From assembly GCA_964016885.1 (NCBI GenBank), contig CAXHJY010000251.1, positions 1-56,270 on the forward strand: 56,270 nucleotides of DNA, given 5' to 3'. The translations under genes were made by a program, and so were the position numbers. The stretch's first letter is position 1; each line of letters begins with the position of its first letter. This DNA comes from Eledone cirrhosa (Eukaryota). The notes under the pieces were generated by a model that saw nothing but the letters and a program-made list of their open reading frames with translations, was not told the DNA's origin and searched no databases. This document shows positions 1-11,840 of this stretch, one piece after another.

Positions 1-45
1 GTCCAAGGGAAAGGCTGATATAGATCAGCACCAGTGACATTAGAA

Positions 46-199
46 CTATTATATACACTATGTATATATATGTATACATATATATATACTACATACATGC
101 ACTATATATAATGTCCAGAGGAATGGCTGAAACAGCTTGTCACCAACATTTATCATATATATATACACACTATACATACTATGTATACACTACATATAT
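46..199. repeat. AT-rich low-complexity / degenerate (TA)n-(TACA)n microsatellite region
   Basis: Runs of tatata, tacata and tacact at 46-112 and 151-199, with a short unique spacer between them. Confidence 0.8.
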
Positions 200-349
200 A
201 TCATCATCATCACCATCATCGATTAACATCTATCTTCCATGGGTTACACAGGTCCTATCTTGAGGCAAGTTGTGTCGGGTGACCATGACAGCTTATATAG
301 GGGTGTTTCTGGCTGGTTTTCTATGGCTGGATGCCCTTCCTAATGACAA
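200..349 (-). mobile_element. 3' terminus of a non-LTR retroposon (RTE-type LINE 3' UTR) ending in a (GAT)n tail
   Basis: The minus strand reads ...gttgtcattAGGAAGGGCATCCAGCCATAGAAAA...acccatggaagatagatgttaatc-GATGATGGTGATGATGATGAT. Positions 333-361 are homologous to the SINE tail at 56242-56270 (opposite orientation). It lies on the same strand as, and downstream of, the RTE ORF at the other end of the array. Short tandem-repeat tails are typical of RTE elements. Confidence 0.7.
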
Positions 350-3329
350 CCACATTGACAGTGTGGGCTGGGTGCTTTTTGCCATGTCTTTCACATGTCC
401 ACTTTACAGCATGGGCTGGGTGCTTTTTGCTGTGTCTTACACATATCCACTTTACAGCATGGGCTGGGTGCTTTTTGCCATGTCTTTCTCACGTCCACTG
501 TACATCATGGGCTGGGTGCTTTTTGCTGTGTCTTTCACATGTCCACTTTACAGCATGGACTAGGTGCTTTTTGCTGTGTCTTTCACGCATCCACTTTACA
601 GCATGGGCTGGGTGCTTTTTGCCATGTCTTTCTCACGTCCATTGTACATCATGGGCTGGGTGCTTTTTGCCATGTCTTTCTCACGTCCACTTTACATCAT
701 GGGCTGGGTGCTTTTTGCTGTGTCTTTCACATGTCCACTTTACAGCATGGGCTGGGTGCTTTTTGTTGTGTCTTTCACGTGTCCACTTTACAGCATGGGC
801 TGGGTGCTTTTTGCTGTGTCTTTCACACATCCACTTTACAGCATGGGCTGGGTGCTTTTTGCTGTGTTTTTCACACGTCCACTTTACGGCATGGGCTGGG
901 TGCTTTTTGCTGTGTCTTTCACATGTCCACTTTACAGCATGGGCTGGATGCTTTTTGCTGTGTCTTTCACGTGTCCACTTTACAGCATGGGCTGGGTGCT
1001 TTTTGCTGTGTCTTTCACACATCCACTTTACGGCATGGGCGGGGTGCTTTTTGCTGTGTCTTTCACACGTCCACTTTACAGCATGGGCTGGGTGCTTTTT
1101 GCTGTGTCTTTCACACGTCCACTTTACAGCATGGGCTGGGTGCTTTTTGATGTGTCTTTCACATGTCCACTTTACAGCATGGGCTGGGTGCTTTTTGCCA
1201 TGTCTTTCTCACGTCCACTGTACATCATGGGCTGGGTGCTTTTTGCTGTGTCTTTCACATGTCCATTTTACAGCATGGGCTGGATGCTTTTTGCTGTGTC
1301 TTTCACATGTCCACTTTACAGCATGGGCTAGGTGCTTTTTGCTGTGTCTTTCACACGTCCACTTTACAGCATTGGCTGGGTGCTTTTTGTTGTGTCTTTC
1401 AGTGTCCACTTTACAGCATGGGCTGGGTGCTTTTTGCTGTGTCTTTCACACATCCACTTTACTGCATGGGCTGGGTGCTTTTTGCTGTGTCTTTCACACG
1501 TCCACTTTACAGCATGGGCTGGGTGCTTTTTGCTGTGTCTTTCACATGTTCACTTTAAAGCATGGGCTGGGTGCTTTTTGCTGTGTCTTTCACACGTCCA
1601 CTTAACAGCATGGACTGGGTGCTTTTTGCTGTGTCTTTCACATGTCCACTTTACAACATGGCTGGGTGCTTTTTGCCGTGTCTTTCTCACGTCCACTGTA
1701 CATCATGGGCTGGGTGCTTTTTGCTGTGTCTTTCACATGTCCACTTTACAGCATGGGCTGGGTGCTTTTTGCCATGTCTTTCTCACGTCCACTGTACATC
1801 ATGGGCTGGGTGCTTTTTGCTGTGTCTTTCACATGTCCACTTTACAGCATGGGCTGGGTGCTTTTTGCTGTGTCTTTCACATGTCCACTTTACAGCATGG
1901 GCTGGATGCTTTTTGCTGTGTCTTTCACATGTCCACTTTACAGCATGGGCTAGCTGCTTTTTGCTGTGTCTTTCACACATCCACTTTACAGCATGGGCTG
2001 GGTGCTTTTTGTTGTGTCTTTCAGTGTCCACTTTACAGCATGGGCTGGGTGCTTTTTGCTGTGTCTTTCACACATCCACTTTACAGCATGGGCTGGGTGC
2101 TTTTTGCTGTGTCTTTCACACGTCCATTTTACAGCATGGGCTGGGTGCTTTTTGCTGTGTGTTTCACATGTCCACTTTACAGCATGGGCTGGATGCTTTT
2201 TGCTGTGTCTTTCACATGTCCACTTTACAGCATGGGTTGGGTGCTTTTTGCTGTGTCTTTCACACGTCCACTTTACAGCATGGGCTGGGTGCTTTTTGCT
2301 GTGTCTTTCACATGTCCACTTTACAGCATGGGCTGGATGCTTTTTGCTGTGTCTTTCACATGTCCACTTTACAGCATGGGCTGGGTTCTTTTTGCTGTGT
2401 CTTTCACACGTCCACTTTACAGCATGGGCTGTGTGCTTTTTGCTGTGTCTTTCACATGTCCACTTTACAGTGTGGGCTGGGTGCTTTTTGCTGTGTCTTT
2501 CACATGTCCACTTTACAGTGTGGGCTGGGTGCTTTTTGCTGTGTCTTTCACATGTCCACTTTACAGCATGGGCTGGGTGCTTTTTGCTGTGTCTTTCACA
2601 TGTCCACTTTACAGCATGGGCTGGGTGCTTTTTGCTGTGTCTTTCACATTTTCACTTTACAGCACAGGCTGGGTGCTTTTTGCTGTGTCTTTCACATGTT
2701 CACTTTAAAGCATGGGCTGGGTGCTTTTTGCTGTGTCTTTCACATGTCCACTTTACAGTGTCGGCTGGGTGCTTTTTGCTGTGTCTTTCACGCGTCCACT
2801 TTACAGCATGGGCTGGATGCTTTTTGCTGTGTCTTTCAGTGTCCACTTTACAGCATGGGCTAGGTGCTTTTTGCTGTGTCTTTCACACGTCCACTTTACA
2901 GCATGGGCTGGATGCTTTTTGTTGTGTCTTTCAGTGTCCACTTTACAGCATGGGCTGGGTGCTTTTTGCTGTGTCTTTCACACATCCACTTTACAGCATG
3001 GGCTGGGTGCTTTTTGCTGTATCTTTCACACGTCCACTTTACAGCATGGGCTGGGTGCTTTTTGCTGTGTCTTTCACATGTCCACTTTACAGCATGGGCT
3101 GGGTGCTTTTTGCTGTATCTTTCACATGCCCACTTTACAGCATGGGCTGGGTGCTTTTTGCTGTGTCTTTCACATGTTCACTTTACAGCATGGGCTGGGT
3201 GCTTTTTGCTGTATCTTTCACATGCCCACTTTACAGTGTGGGCTGGGTGCTTTTTGCGGTGTCTTTCACATGTCCACTTTACAGCATGGGCTGGGTGCTT
3301 TTTGCTGTATCTTTCACATGTCCACTTTA

Positions 3330-6300
3330 CAGCATGGGCTGGGTGCTTTTTGCTGTGTCTTTCACATGTTCACTTTACAGCATGGGCTGGGTGCTTTTTG
3401 CTGTGTCTTTCACATGCCCACTTTACAGTGTGGGCTGGGTGCTTTTTGCTGTGTCTTTCACATGTCCACTTTACAGCATGGGCTGGGTGATTTTTGATGT
3501 GTCTTTCACATGTCCACTTTACAGCATGGGCTGGGTGCTTTTTGCTGTGTATTTCACATGTCCACTTTACAGCATGGGTTGGGTGCTTTTTGCTGTGTCT
3601 TTCACATGTCCACTTTACAGCATGGGCTGGATGCTTTTTGCTGTGTCTTTCACATGTCCACTTAACAGCATGGGCTGGGTGCTTTTTGCTGTGTCTTTCA
3701 CACGTCCACTTTACAGCATGGGCTGGGTGCTTTTTGCTGTGTCTTTCACATGTCCACTTTAAAGCATGGGCTGGTTGCTTTTTGCTGTGTCTTTCACATG
3801 TCCACTTTACAGCATGGGCTGGGTTCTTTTTGCTGTGTCTTTCACACGTCCACTTTACAGCATGGGCTGTGTGCTTTTTGCTGTGTCTTTCACATGTCCA
3901 CTGTACAGTGTGGGCTGGGTGCTTTTTGCTGTGTCTTTCACATGTCCACTTTACAGTGTGGGCTGGGTGCTTTTTGCTGTGTCTTTCACATGTCCACTTT
4001 ACAGCATGGGCTGGGTGCTTTTTGCTGTGTCTTTCACATGTCCACTTTACAGTGTGGGCTGGGTGCTTTTTGCTGTGTCTTTCACATGTCCACTTTACAG
4101 TGTGGGCTGGGTGCTTTTTGCTGTGTCTTTCACATTTTCACTTTACAGCATGGGCTGGGTGCTTTTTGCTGTGTCTTTCACATGTTCACTTTAAAGCATG
4201 GGCTGGGTGCTTTTTGCTGTGTCTTTCACATGTCCACTTTACAGTGTCGGCTGGGTGCTTTTTGCTGTGTCTTTCACATGTCCACTTTACAGCATGGGCT
4301 GGGTGCTTTTTGCTGTGTCTTTCACATGCCCACTTTACAGCATGGGCTGGGTGCTTTTTGCTGTGTCTTTCACATGTCCACTTTACAGCATGGGCTGGGT
4401 GCTTTTTGCTGTGTCTTTCACACGTCCACTTTACAGCATGGGCTGGACGCTTTTTGTTGTGTCTTTCAGTGTCCACTTTACAGCATGGGCTAGGTGCTTT
4501 TTGCTGTGTCTTTCACACGTCCACTTTACAGCATGGGCTGGATGCTTTTTGTTGTGTCTTTCAGTATCCACTTTACAGCATGGGCTGGGTGCTTTTTGCT
4601 GTGTCTTTCACACATCCACTTTACAGCATGGGCTGGGTGCTTTTTGCTGTATCTTTCACACGTCCACTTTACAGCATGGGTTGGGTGCTTTTTGCTGTGT
4701 CTTTCACATGTCCACTTTACAGCATGTGCTGGGTGCTTTTTGCTGTATCTTTCACATGCCCACTTTACAGCATGGGCTGGGTGATTTTGCTGTGTCTTTC
4801 ACATGTTCACTTTACAGCATGGGCTGGGTGCTTTTTGCTGTATCTTTCACATGCCCACTTTACAGTGTGGGCTGGGTGCTTTTTGCTGTGTCTTTCACAT
4901 GTCCACTTTACAGCATGGGCTGGGTGCTTTTTGCTGTATCTTTCACATGTCCACTTTACAGCATGGGCTGGGTGCTTTTTGCTGTGTCTTTCACATGCCC
5001 ACTTTACAGTGTGGGCTGGGTGCTTTTTGCTGTGTTTTTCACATGTCCACTTTACAGCATGGGCTGGGTGCTTTTTGCTGTGTCTTTCACATGTTCACTT
5101 TACAGCATGGGCTGGGTGCTTTTTGCTGTGTCTTTCACATGCCCACTTTACAGTGTGGGCTGGGTGCTTCTGGCTGTGTCTTTCACATGTCCACTTTACA
5201 GCATGGGCTGGGTGATTTTTGATGTGTCTTTCACATGTCCACTTTACAGCATGGGCTGGGTGCTTTTTGCTGTGTATTTCACATGTCCACTTTACAGCAT
5301 GGGTTGGGTGCTTTTTGCTGTGTCTTTCACATGTCCACTTTACAGCATGGGCTGGATGCTTTTTGCTGTGTCTTTCACATGTCCACTTAACAGCATGGGC
5401 TGGGTGCTTTTTGCTGTGTCTTTCACACGTCCACTTTACAGCATGGGCTGGGTGCTTTTTGCTGTGTCTTTCACATGTCCACTTTAAAGCATGGGCTGGT
5501 TGCTTTTTGCTGTGTCTTTCACATGTCCACTTTACAGCATGGGCTGGGTTCTTTTTGCTGTGTCTTTCACACGTCCACTTTACAGCATGGGCTGTGTGCT
5601 TTTTGCTGTGTCTTTCACATGTCCACTGTACAGTGTGGGCTGGGTGCTTTTTGCTGTGTCTTTCACATGTCCACTTTACAGTGTGGGCTGGGTGCTTTTT
5701 GCTGTGTCTTTCACATGTCCACTTTACAGCATGGGCTGGGTGCTTTTTGCTGTGTCTTTCACATGTCCACTTTACAGTGTGGGCTGGGTGCTTTTTGCTG
5801 TGTCTTTCACATGTCCACTTTACAGTGTGGGCTGGGTGCTTTTTGCTGTGTCTTTCACATTTTCACTTTACAGCATGGGCTGGGTGCTTTTTGCTGTGTC
5901 TTTCACATGTTCACTTTAAAGCATGGGCTGGGTGCTTTTTGCTGTGTCTTTCACATGTCCACTTTACAGTGTCGGCTGGGTGCTTTTTGCTGTGTCTTTC
6001 ACATGTCCACTTTACAGCATGGGCTGGGTGCTTTTTGCTGTGTCTTTCACATGCCCACTTTACAGCATGGGCTGGGTGCTTTTTGCTGTGTCTTTCACAT
6101 GTCCACTTTACAGCATGGGCTGGGTGCTTTTTGCTGTGTCTTTCACACGTCCACTTTACAGCATGGGCTGGACGCTTTTTGTTGTGTCTTTCAGTGTCCA
6201 CTTTACAGCATGGGCTAGGTGCTTTTTGCTGTGTCTTTCACACGTCCACTTTACAGCATGGGCTGGATGCTTTTTGTTGTGTCTTTCAGTATCCACTTTA

Positions 6301-6760
6301 CAGCATGGGCTGGGTGCTTTTTGCTGTGTCTTTCACACATCCACTTTACAGCATGGGCTGGGTGCTTTTTGCTGTATCTTTCACACGTCCACTTTACAGC
6401 ATGGGTTGGGTGCTTTTTGCTGTGTCTTTCACATGTCCACTTTACAGCATGTGCTGGGTGCTTTTTGCTGTATCTTTCACATGCCCACTTTACAGCATGG
6501 GCTGGGTGATTTTGCTGTGTCTTTCACATGTTCACTTTACAGCATGGGCTGGGTGCTTTTTGCTGTATCTTTCACATGCCCACTTTACAGTGTGGGCTGG
6601 GTGCTTTTTGCTGTGTCTTTCACATGTCCACTTTACAGCATGGGCTGGGTGCTTTTTGCTGTATCTTTCACATGTCCACTTTACAGCATGGGCTGGGTGC
6701 TTTTTGCTGTGTCTTTCACATGCCCACTTTACAGTGTGGGCTGGGTGCTTTTTGCTGTGT
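3330..6760. repeat. Higher-order tandem duplication, period 1725 bp (36 monomers, three of them 47 bp)
   Basis: Rare variants recur at a fixed offset: ggtgatttttgatg at 3490/5215, ggacgc at ~4445/6170, tcagtatcc at ~4561/6286. ORF-track pairs are 3494/5219, 3750/5475 and 4186/5911. Boundaries are approximate. Confidence 0.9.
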
Positions 6761-9700
6761 CTTTCACATGTCCACTTTACAGCATGGGCTGGGTGATTTT
6801 TGCTGTGTCTTTCACATGTCCACTTTACAGCATGGGCTGGGTGCTTTTTGCTGTGTCTTTCACATGTTCACTTTACAGCATGGGTTGGGTGCTTTTTGCT
6901 GTGTCTTTCACATGTCCACTTTACAGCATGGGCTGGGTGCTTTTTGCTGTGTCTTTCACATGTCCACTTTACAGCATGGGCTGGATGCTTTTTGCTGTGT
7001 CTTTCACATGTCCACTTTACAGCATGGGCTGGGTGCTTTTTGCTGTGTCTTTCACACGTCCACTTTACAGCATGGGCTGGGTGCTTTTTGCTGTGTCTTT
7101 CACATGTCCACTTTAAAGCATGGGCTGGGTGCTTTTTGCCATGTCTTTCTCACATCCACTGTACATCATGGGCTGGATGCATTTTTGCTGTGTCTTTCCC
7201 ATGTCCACTTTACAGCATGGGCTGGATGCTTTTTGCTGTGTCTTTCACATGTCCACTTTACAGCATGGGCTAGGTGCTTTTTGCTGTGTCTTTCACACGT
7301 CCACTTTACAGCCTGGGCTGGATGCTTTTTGTTGTGTCTTTCAGTGTCCACTTTACAGCATGGGCTGGGTGCTTTTTGCTGTGTCTTTCACACATCCACT
7401 TTACAGCATGGGCTGGGTGCTTTTTGCTGTGTCTTTCAGTGTCCACTTTACAGCATGGGCTGGGTGCTTTTTGCTGTATCTTTCACATGCCCACTTTACA
7501 GCATGGGCTGGGTGCTTTTTGCTGTGTCTTTCACATGTTCACTTTACAGCATGGGCTGGGTGCTTTTTGCTGTATCTTTCACATGCCCACTTTACAGTGT
7601 GGGCTGGGTGCTTTTTGCTGTGTCTTTCACATGTTCACTTTACAGCATGGGCTGGGTGCTTTTTGCTGTATCTTTCACATGCCCACTTTACAGTGTGGGT
7701 TGGGTGCTTTTTGCTGTGTCTTTCACATGTCCACTTAACAGCATGGGCTGGGTGCTTTTTGCTGTATCTTTCACATGCCCACTTTACAGTGTGGGCTGGG
7801 TGCTTTTTGCTGTGTCTTTCACATGTCCACTTTACAGCATGGGCTGGGTGCTTTTTGCTGTATCTTTCAGATGCCCACTTTACAGTGTGGGCTGGGTGCT
7901 TTTTGCTGTGTCTTTCACATGTCCACTTTACAGCATGGGCTGGGTGCTTTTTGCTGTATCTTTCACATGCCCACTTTACAGTGTGGGCTGGGTGCTTTTT
8001 GCTGTGTCTTTCACATGTCCACTTTACAGCATGGGCTGGGTGATTTTTGCTGTGTCTTTCACATGTCCACTTTACAGCATGGGCTGGGTGCTTTTTGCTG
8101 TGTATTTCACATGTCCACTTTACAGCATGGGTTGGGTGCTTTTTGCTGTGTCTTTCACATGTCCACTTTACAGCATGGGCTGGATGCTTTTTGCTGTGTC
8201 TTTCACATGTCCACTTAACAGCATGGGCTGGGTGCTTTTTGCTGTGTCTTTCACACGTCCACTTTACAGCATGGGCTGGGTGCTTTTTGCTGTGTCTTTA
8301 ACATGTCCACTTTAAAGCATGGGCTGGTTGCTTTTTGCTGTATCTTTCACATGTCCACTTTACAGCATGGGCTGGGTTCTTTTTGCTGTGTCTTTCACAC
8401 GTCCACTTTACAGCATGGGCTGTGTGCTTTTTGCTGTGTCTTTCACATGTCCACTTTACAGTATGGGCTGGGTGCTTTTTGCTGTGTCTTTCACATGTCC
8501 ACTTTACAGTGTGGGCTGGGTGCTTTTTGCTGTGTCTTTCACATGTCCACTTTACAGCATGGGCTGGGTGCTTTTTGCTGTGTCTTTCACATGTCCACTT
8601 TACAGTGTGGGCTGGGTGCTTTTTGCTGTGTCTTTCACATGTCCACTTTACAGCATGGGCTGGGTGCTTTTTGCTGTGTCTTTCACATTTTCACTTTACA
8701 GCATGGGCTGGGTGCTTTTTGCTGTGTCTTTCAGATGTTCACTTTAAAGCATGGGCTGGGTGCTTTTTGCTGTGTCTTTCACATGTCCACTTTACAGTGT
8801 CGGCTGGGTGCTTTTTGCTGTGTCTTTCACATGCCCACTTTACAGCATGGGCTGGGTGCTTTTTGCTGTGTCTTTCACATGCCCACTTTACAGCATGGGC
8901 TGGGTGCTTTTTGCTGTGTCTTTCACGCGTCCACTTTACAGCATGGGCTGGATGCTTTTTGCTGTGTCTTTCACATGTCCACTTTACAGCATGGGATGGA
9001 TGCTTTTTGCTGTGTCTTTCACGTGTCCACTTTACAGCATGGGCTGGGTGCTTTTTGCTGTGTCTTTCACATGCCCACTTTACAGCATGGGCTGGGTGCT
9101 TTTTGCTGTGTCTTTCACATGTCCACTTTACAGCATGGGCTGGGTGCTTTTTGCTGTGTCTTGCACATGTCCACTTTACAGCATGTGCTGGGTGCTTTTT
9201 GCTGTGTCTTTCACACGTCCACTTTAAAGCATGGGCTGGATGCTTTTTGTTGTGTCTTTCAGTGTCCACTTTACAGCATGGGCTAGGTGCTTTTTGCTGT
9301 GTCTTTCACACGTCCACTTTACAGCATGGGCTGGATGCTTTTTGTTGTGTCTTTCAGTGTCCACTTTACAGCATGGGCTGGGTGCTTTTTGCTGTGTCTT
9401 TCACACATCCACTTTACAGCATGGGCTGGGTGCTTTTTGCTGTATCTTTCACACGTCCACTTTACAGCATGGGCTGGGTGCTTTTTGCTGTGTCTTTCAC
9501 ATGTCCACTTTACAGCATGTGCTGGGTGCTTTTTGCTGTATCTTTCACATGCCCACTTTAAAGCATGGGCTGGGTGCTTTTTGCTGTGTCTTTCACATGT
9601 TCACTTTACAGCATGGGCTGGGTGCTTTCTGCTGTATCTTTCACATGCCCACTTTACAGTGTGGGCTGGGTGCTTTTTGCTGTGTCTTTCACATGTCCAC

Positions 9701-10879
9701 TTTACAGCATGGGCTGGGTGCTTTTTGCTGTGTCTTTCACATGTCCACTTTACAGCATGGGCTGGATGCTTTTTGCTGTGTCTTTCACATGTCCACTTTA
9801 CAGCATGGGCTGGGTGCTTTTTGCTGTGTCTTTCACACGTCCACTTTACAGCATGGGCTGGGTGCTTTTTGCTGTGTCTTTCACATGTCCACTTTAAAGC
9901 ATGGGCTGGGTGCTTTTTGCCATGTCTTTCTCACATCCACTGTACATCATGGGCTGGATGCATTTTTGCTGTGTCTTTCACATGTCCACTTTACAGCATG
10001 GGCTGGATGCTTTTTGCTGTGTCTTTCACATGTCCACTTTACAGCATGGGCTAGGTGCTTTTTGCTGTGTCTTTCACACGTCAAATTTACAGCCTGGGCT
10101 GGATGCTTTTTGTTGTGTCTTTCAGTGTCCACTTTACAGCATGGGCTGGGTGCTTTTTGCTGTGTCTTTCACACATCCACTTTACAGCATGGGCTGGGTG
10201 CTTTTTGCTGTGTCTTTCACACGTCCACTTTACAGCATGGGCTGGGTGCTTTTTGCTGTGTCTTTCACATGTCCACTTTACAGCATGGGCTGGATGCTTT
10301 TTGCTGTGTCTTTCACATGTCCACTTTACAGCATGGGCTGGGTGCTTTTTGCTGTGTCTTTCACACGTCCACTTTACAGCATGGGCTGGGTGCTTTTTGC
10401 TGTGTCTTTCACATGCCCACTTTACAGTGTGGGCTGGGTGCTTTTTGCTGTGTCTTTCACATGTCCACTTTACAGCATGGGCTGGGTGCTTTTTGCTGTG
10501 TCATTCACGTGTCCACTTTACAGCATGGGCTGGGTGCTTTTTGCTGTGTCTTTCACACATCCACTTTACAGCATGGGCTGGGTGCTTTTTGCTGTGTCTT
10601 TCACATGTCCACTTTACAGCATGGGCTGGGTGATTTTTGCTGTGTCTTTCACATGTCCACTTTACAGCATGGGCTGGGTGCTTTTTGCTGTGTATTTCAC
10701 ATGTCCACTTTACAGCATGGGTTGGGTGCTTTTTGCTGTGTCTTTCACATGTCCACTTTACAGCATGGGCTGGATGCTTTTTGCTGTGTCTTTCACATGT
10801 CCACTTAACAGCATGGGCTGGGTGCTTTTTGCTGTGTCTTTCACACGTCCACTTTACAGCATGGGCTGGGTGCTTTTTG

Positions 10880-11840
10880 CTGTGTCTTTAACATGTCCAC
10901 TTTAAAGCATGGGCTGGTTGCTTTTTGCTGTATCTTTCACATGTCCACTTTACAGCATGGGCTGGGTTCTTTTTGCTGTGTCTTTCACACGTCCACTTTA
11001 CAGCATGGGCTGTGTGCTTTTTGCTGTGTCTTTCACATGTCCACTTTACAGTATGGGCTGGGTGCTTTTTGCTGTGTCTTTCACATGTCCACTTTACAGT
11101 GTGGGCTGGGTGTTTTTTGCTGTGTCTTTCACATGTCCACTTTACAGCATGGGCTGGGTGCTTTTTGCTGTGTCTTTCACATGTCCACTTTACAGTGTGG
11201 GCTGGGTGCTTTTTGCTGTGTCTTTCACATGTCCACTTTACAGCATGGGCTGGGTGCTTTTTGCTGTGTCTTTCACATTTTCACTTTACAGCATGGGCTG
11301 GGTGCTTTTTGCTGTGTCTTTCAGATGTTCACTTTAAAGCATGGGCTGGGTGCTTTTTGCTGTGTCTTTAACATGTCCACTTTAAAGCATGGGCTGGTTG
11401 CTTTTTGCTGTATCTTTCACATGTCCACTTTACAGCATGGGCTGGGTTCTTTTTGCTGTGTCTTTCACACGTCCACTTTACAGCATGGGCTGTGTGCTTT
11501 TTGCTGTGTCTTTCACATGTCCACTTTACAGTATGGGCTCGGTGCTTTTTGCTGTGTCTTTCACATGTCCACTTTACAGTGTGGGCTGGGTGCTTTTTGC
11601 TGTGTCTTTCACATGTCCACTTTACAGCATGGGCTGGGTGCTTTTTGCTGTGTCTTTCACATGTCCACTTTACAGTGTGGGCTGGGTGCTTTTTGCTGTG
11701 TCTTTCACATGTCCACTTTACAGTATGGGCTGGGTGCTTTTTGCTGTGTCTTTCACATTTTCACTTTACAGCATGGGCTGGGTGCTTTTTGCTGTGTCTT
11801 TCAGATGTTCACTTTAAAGCATGGGCTGGGTGCTTTTTGC
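10880..11840. repeat. Higher-order tandem duplication, period 480 bp (10 monomers); further copies at ~8290-8770 and ~13900-14380
   Basis: The marker tctttaacatgtccactttaaagcatgggctggttg occurs at ~8295, ~10885, ~11365 and ~13906. Near-identical 142-aa pseudo-ORFs start at 8319, 10909, 11389 and 13930. Confidence 0.9.

Noticed and set aside
1-45. Possible end of another dispersed repeat
   Set aside because: Too short, and truncated by the window edge, to assign.
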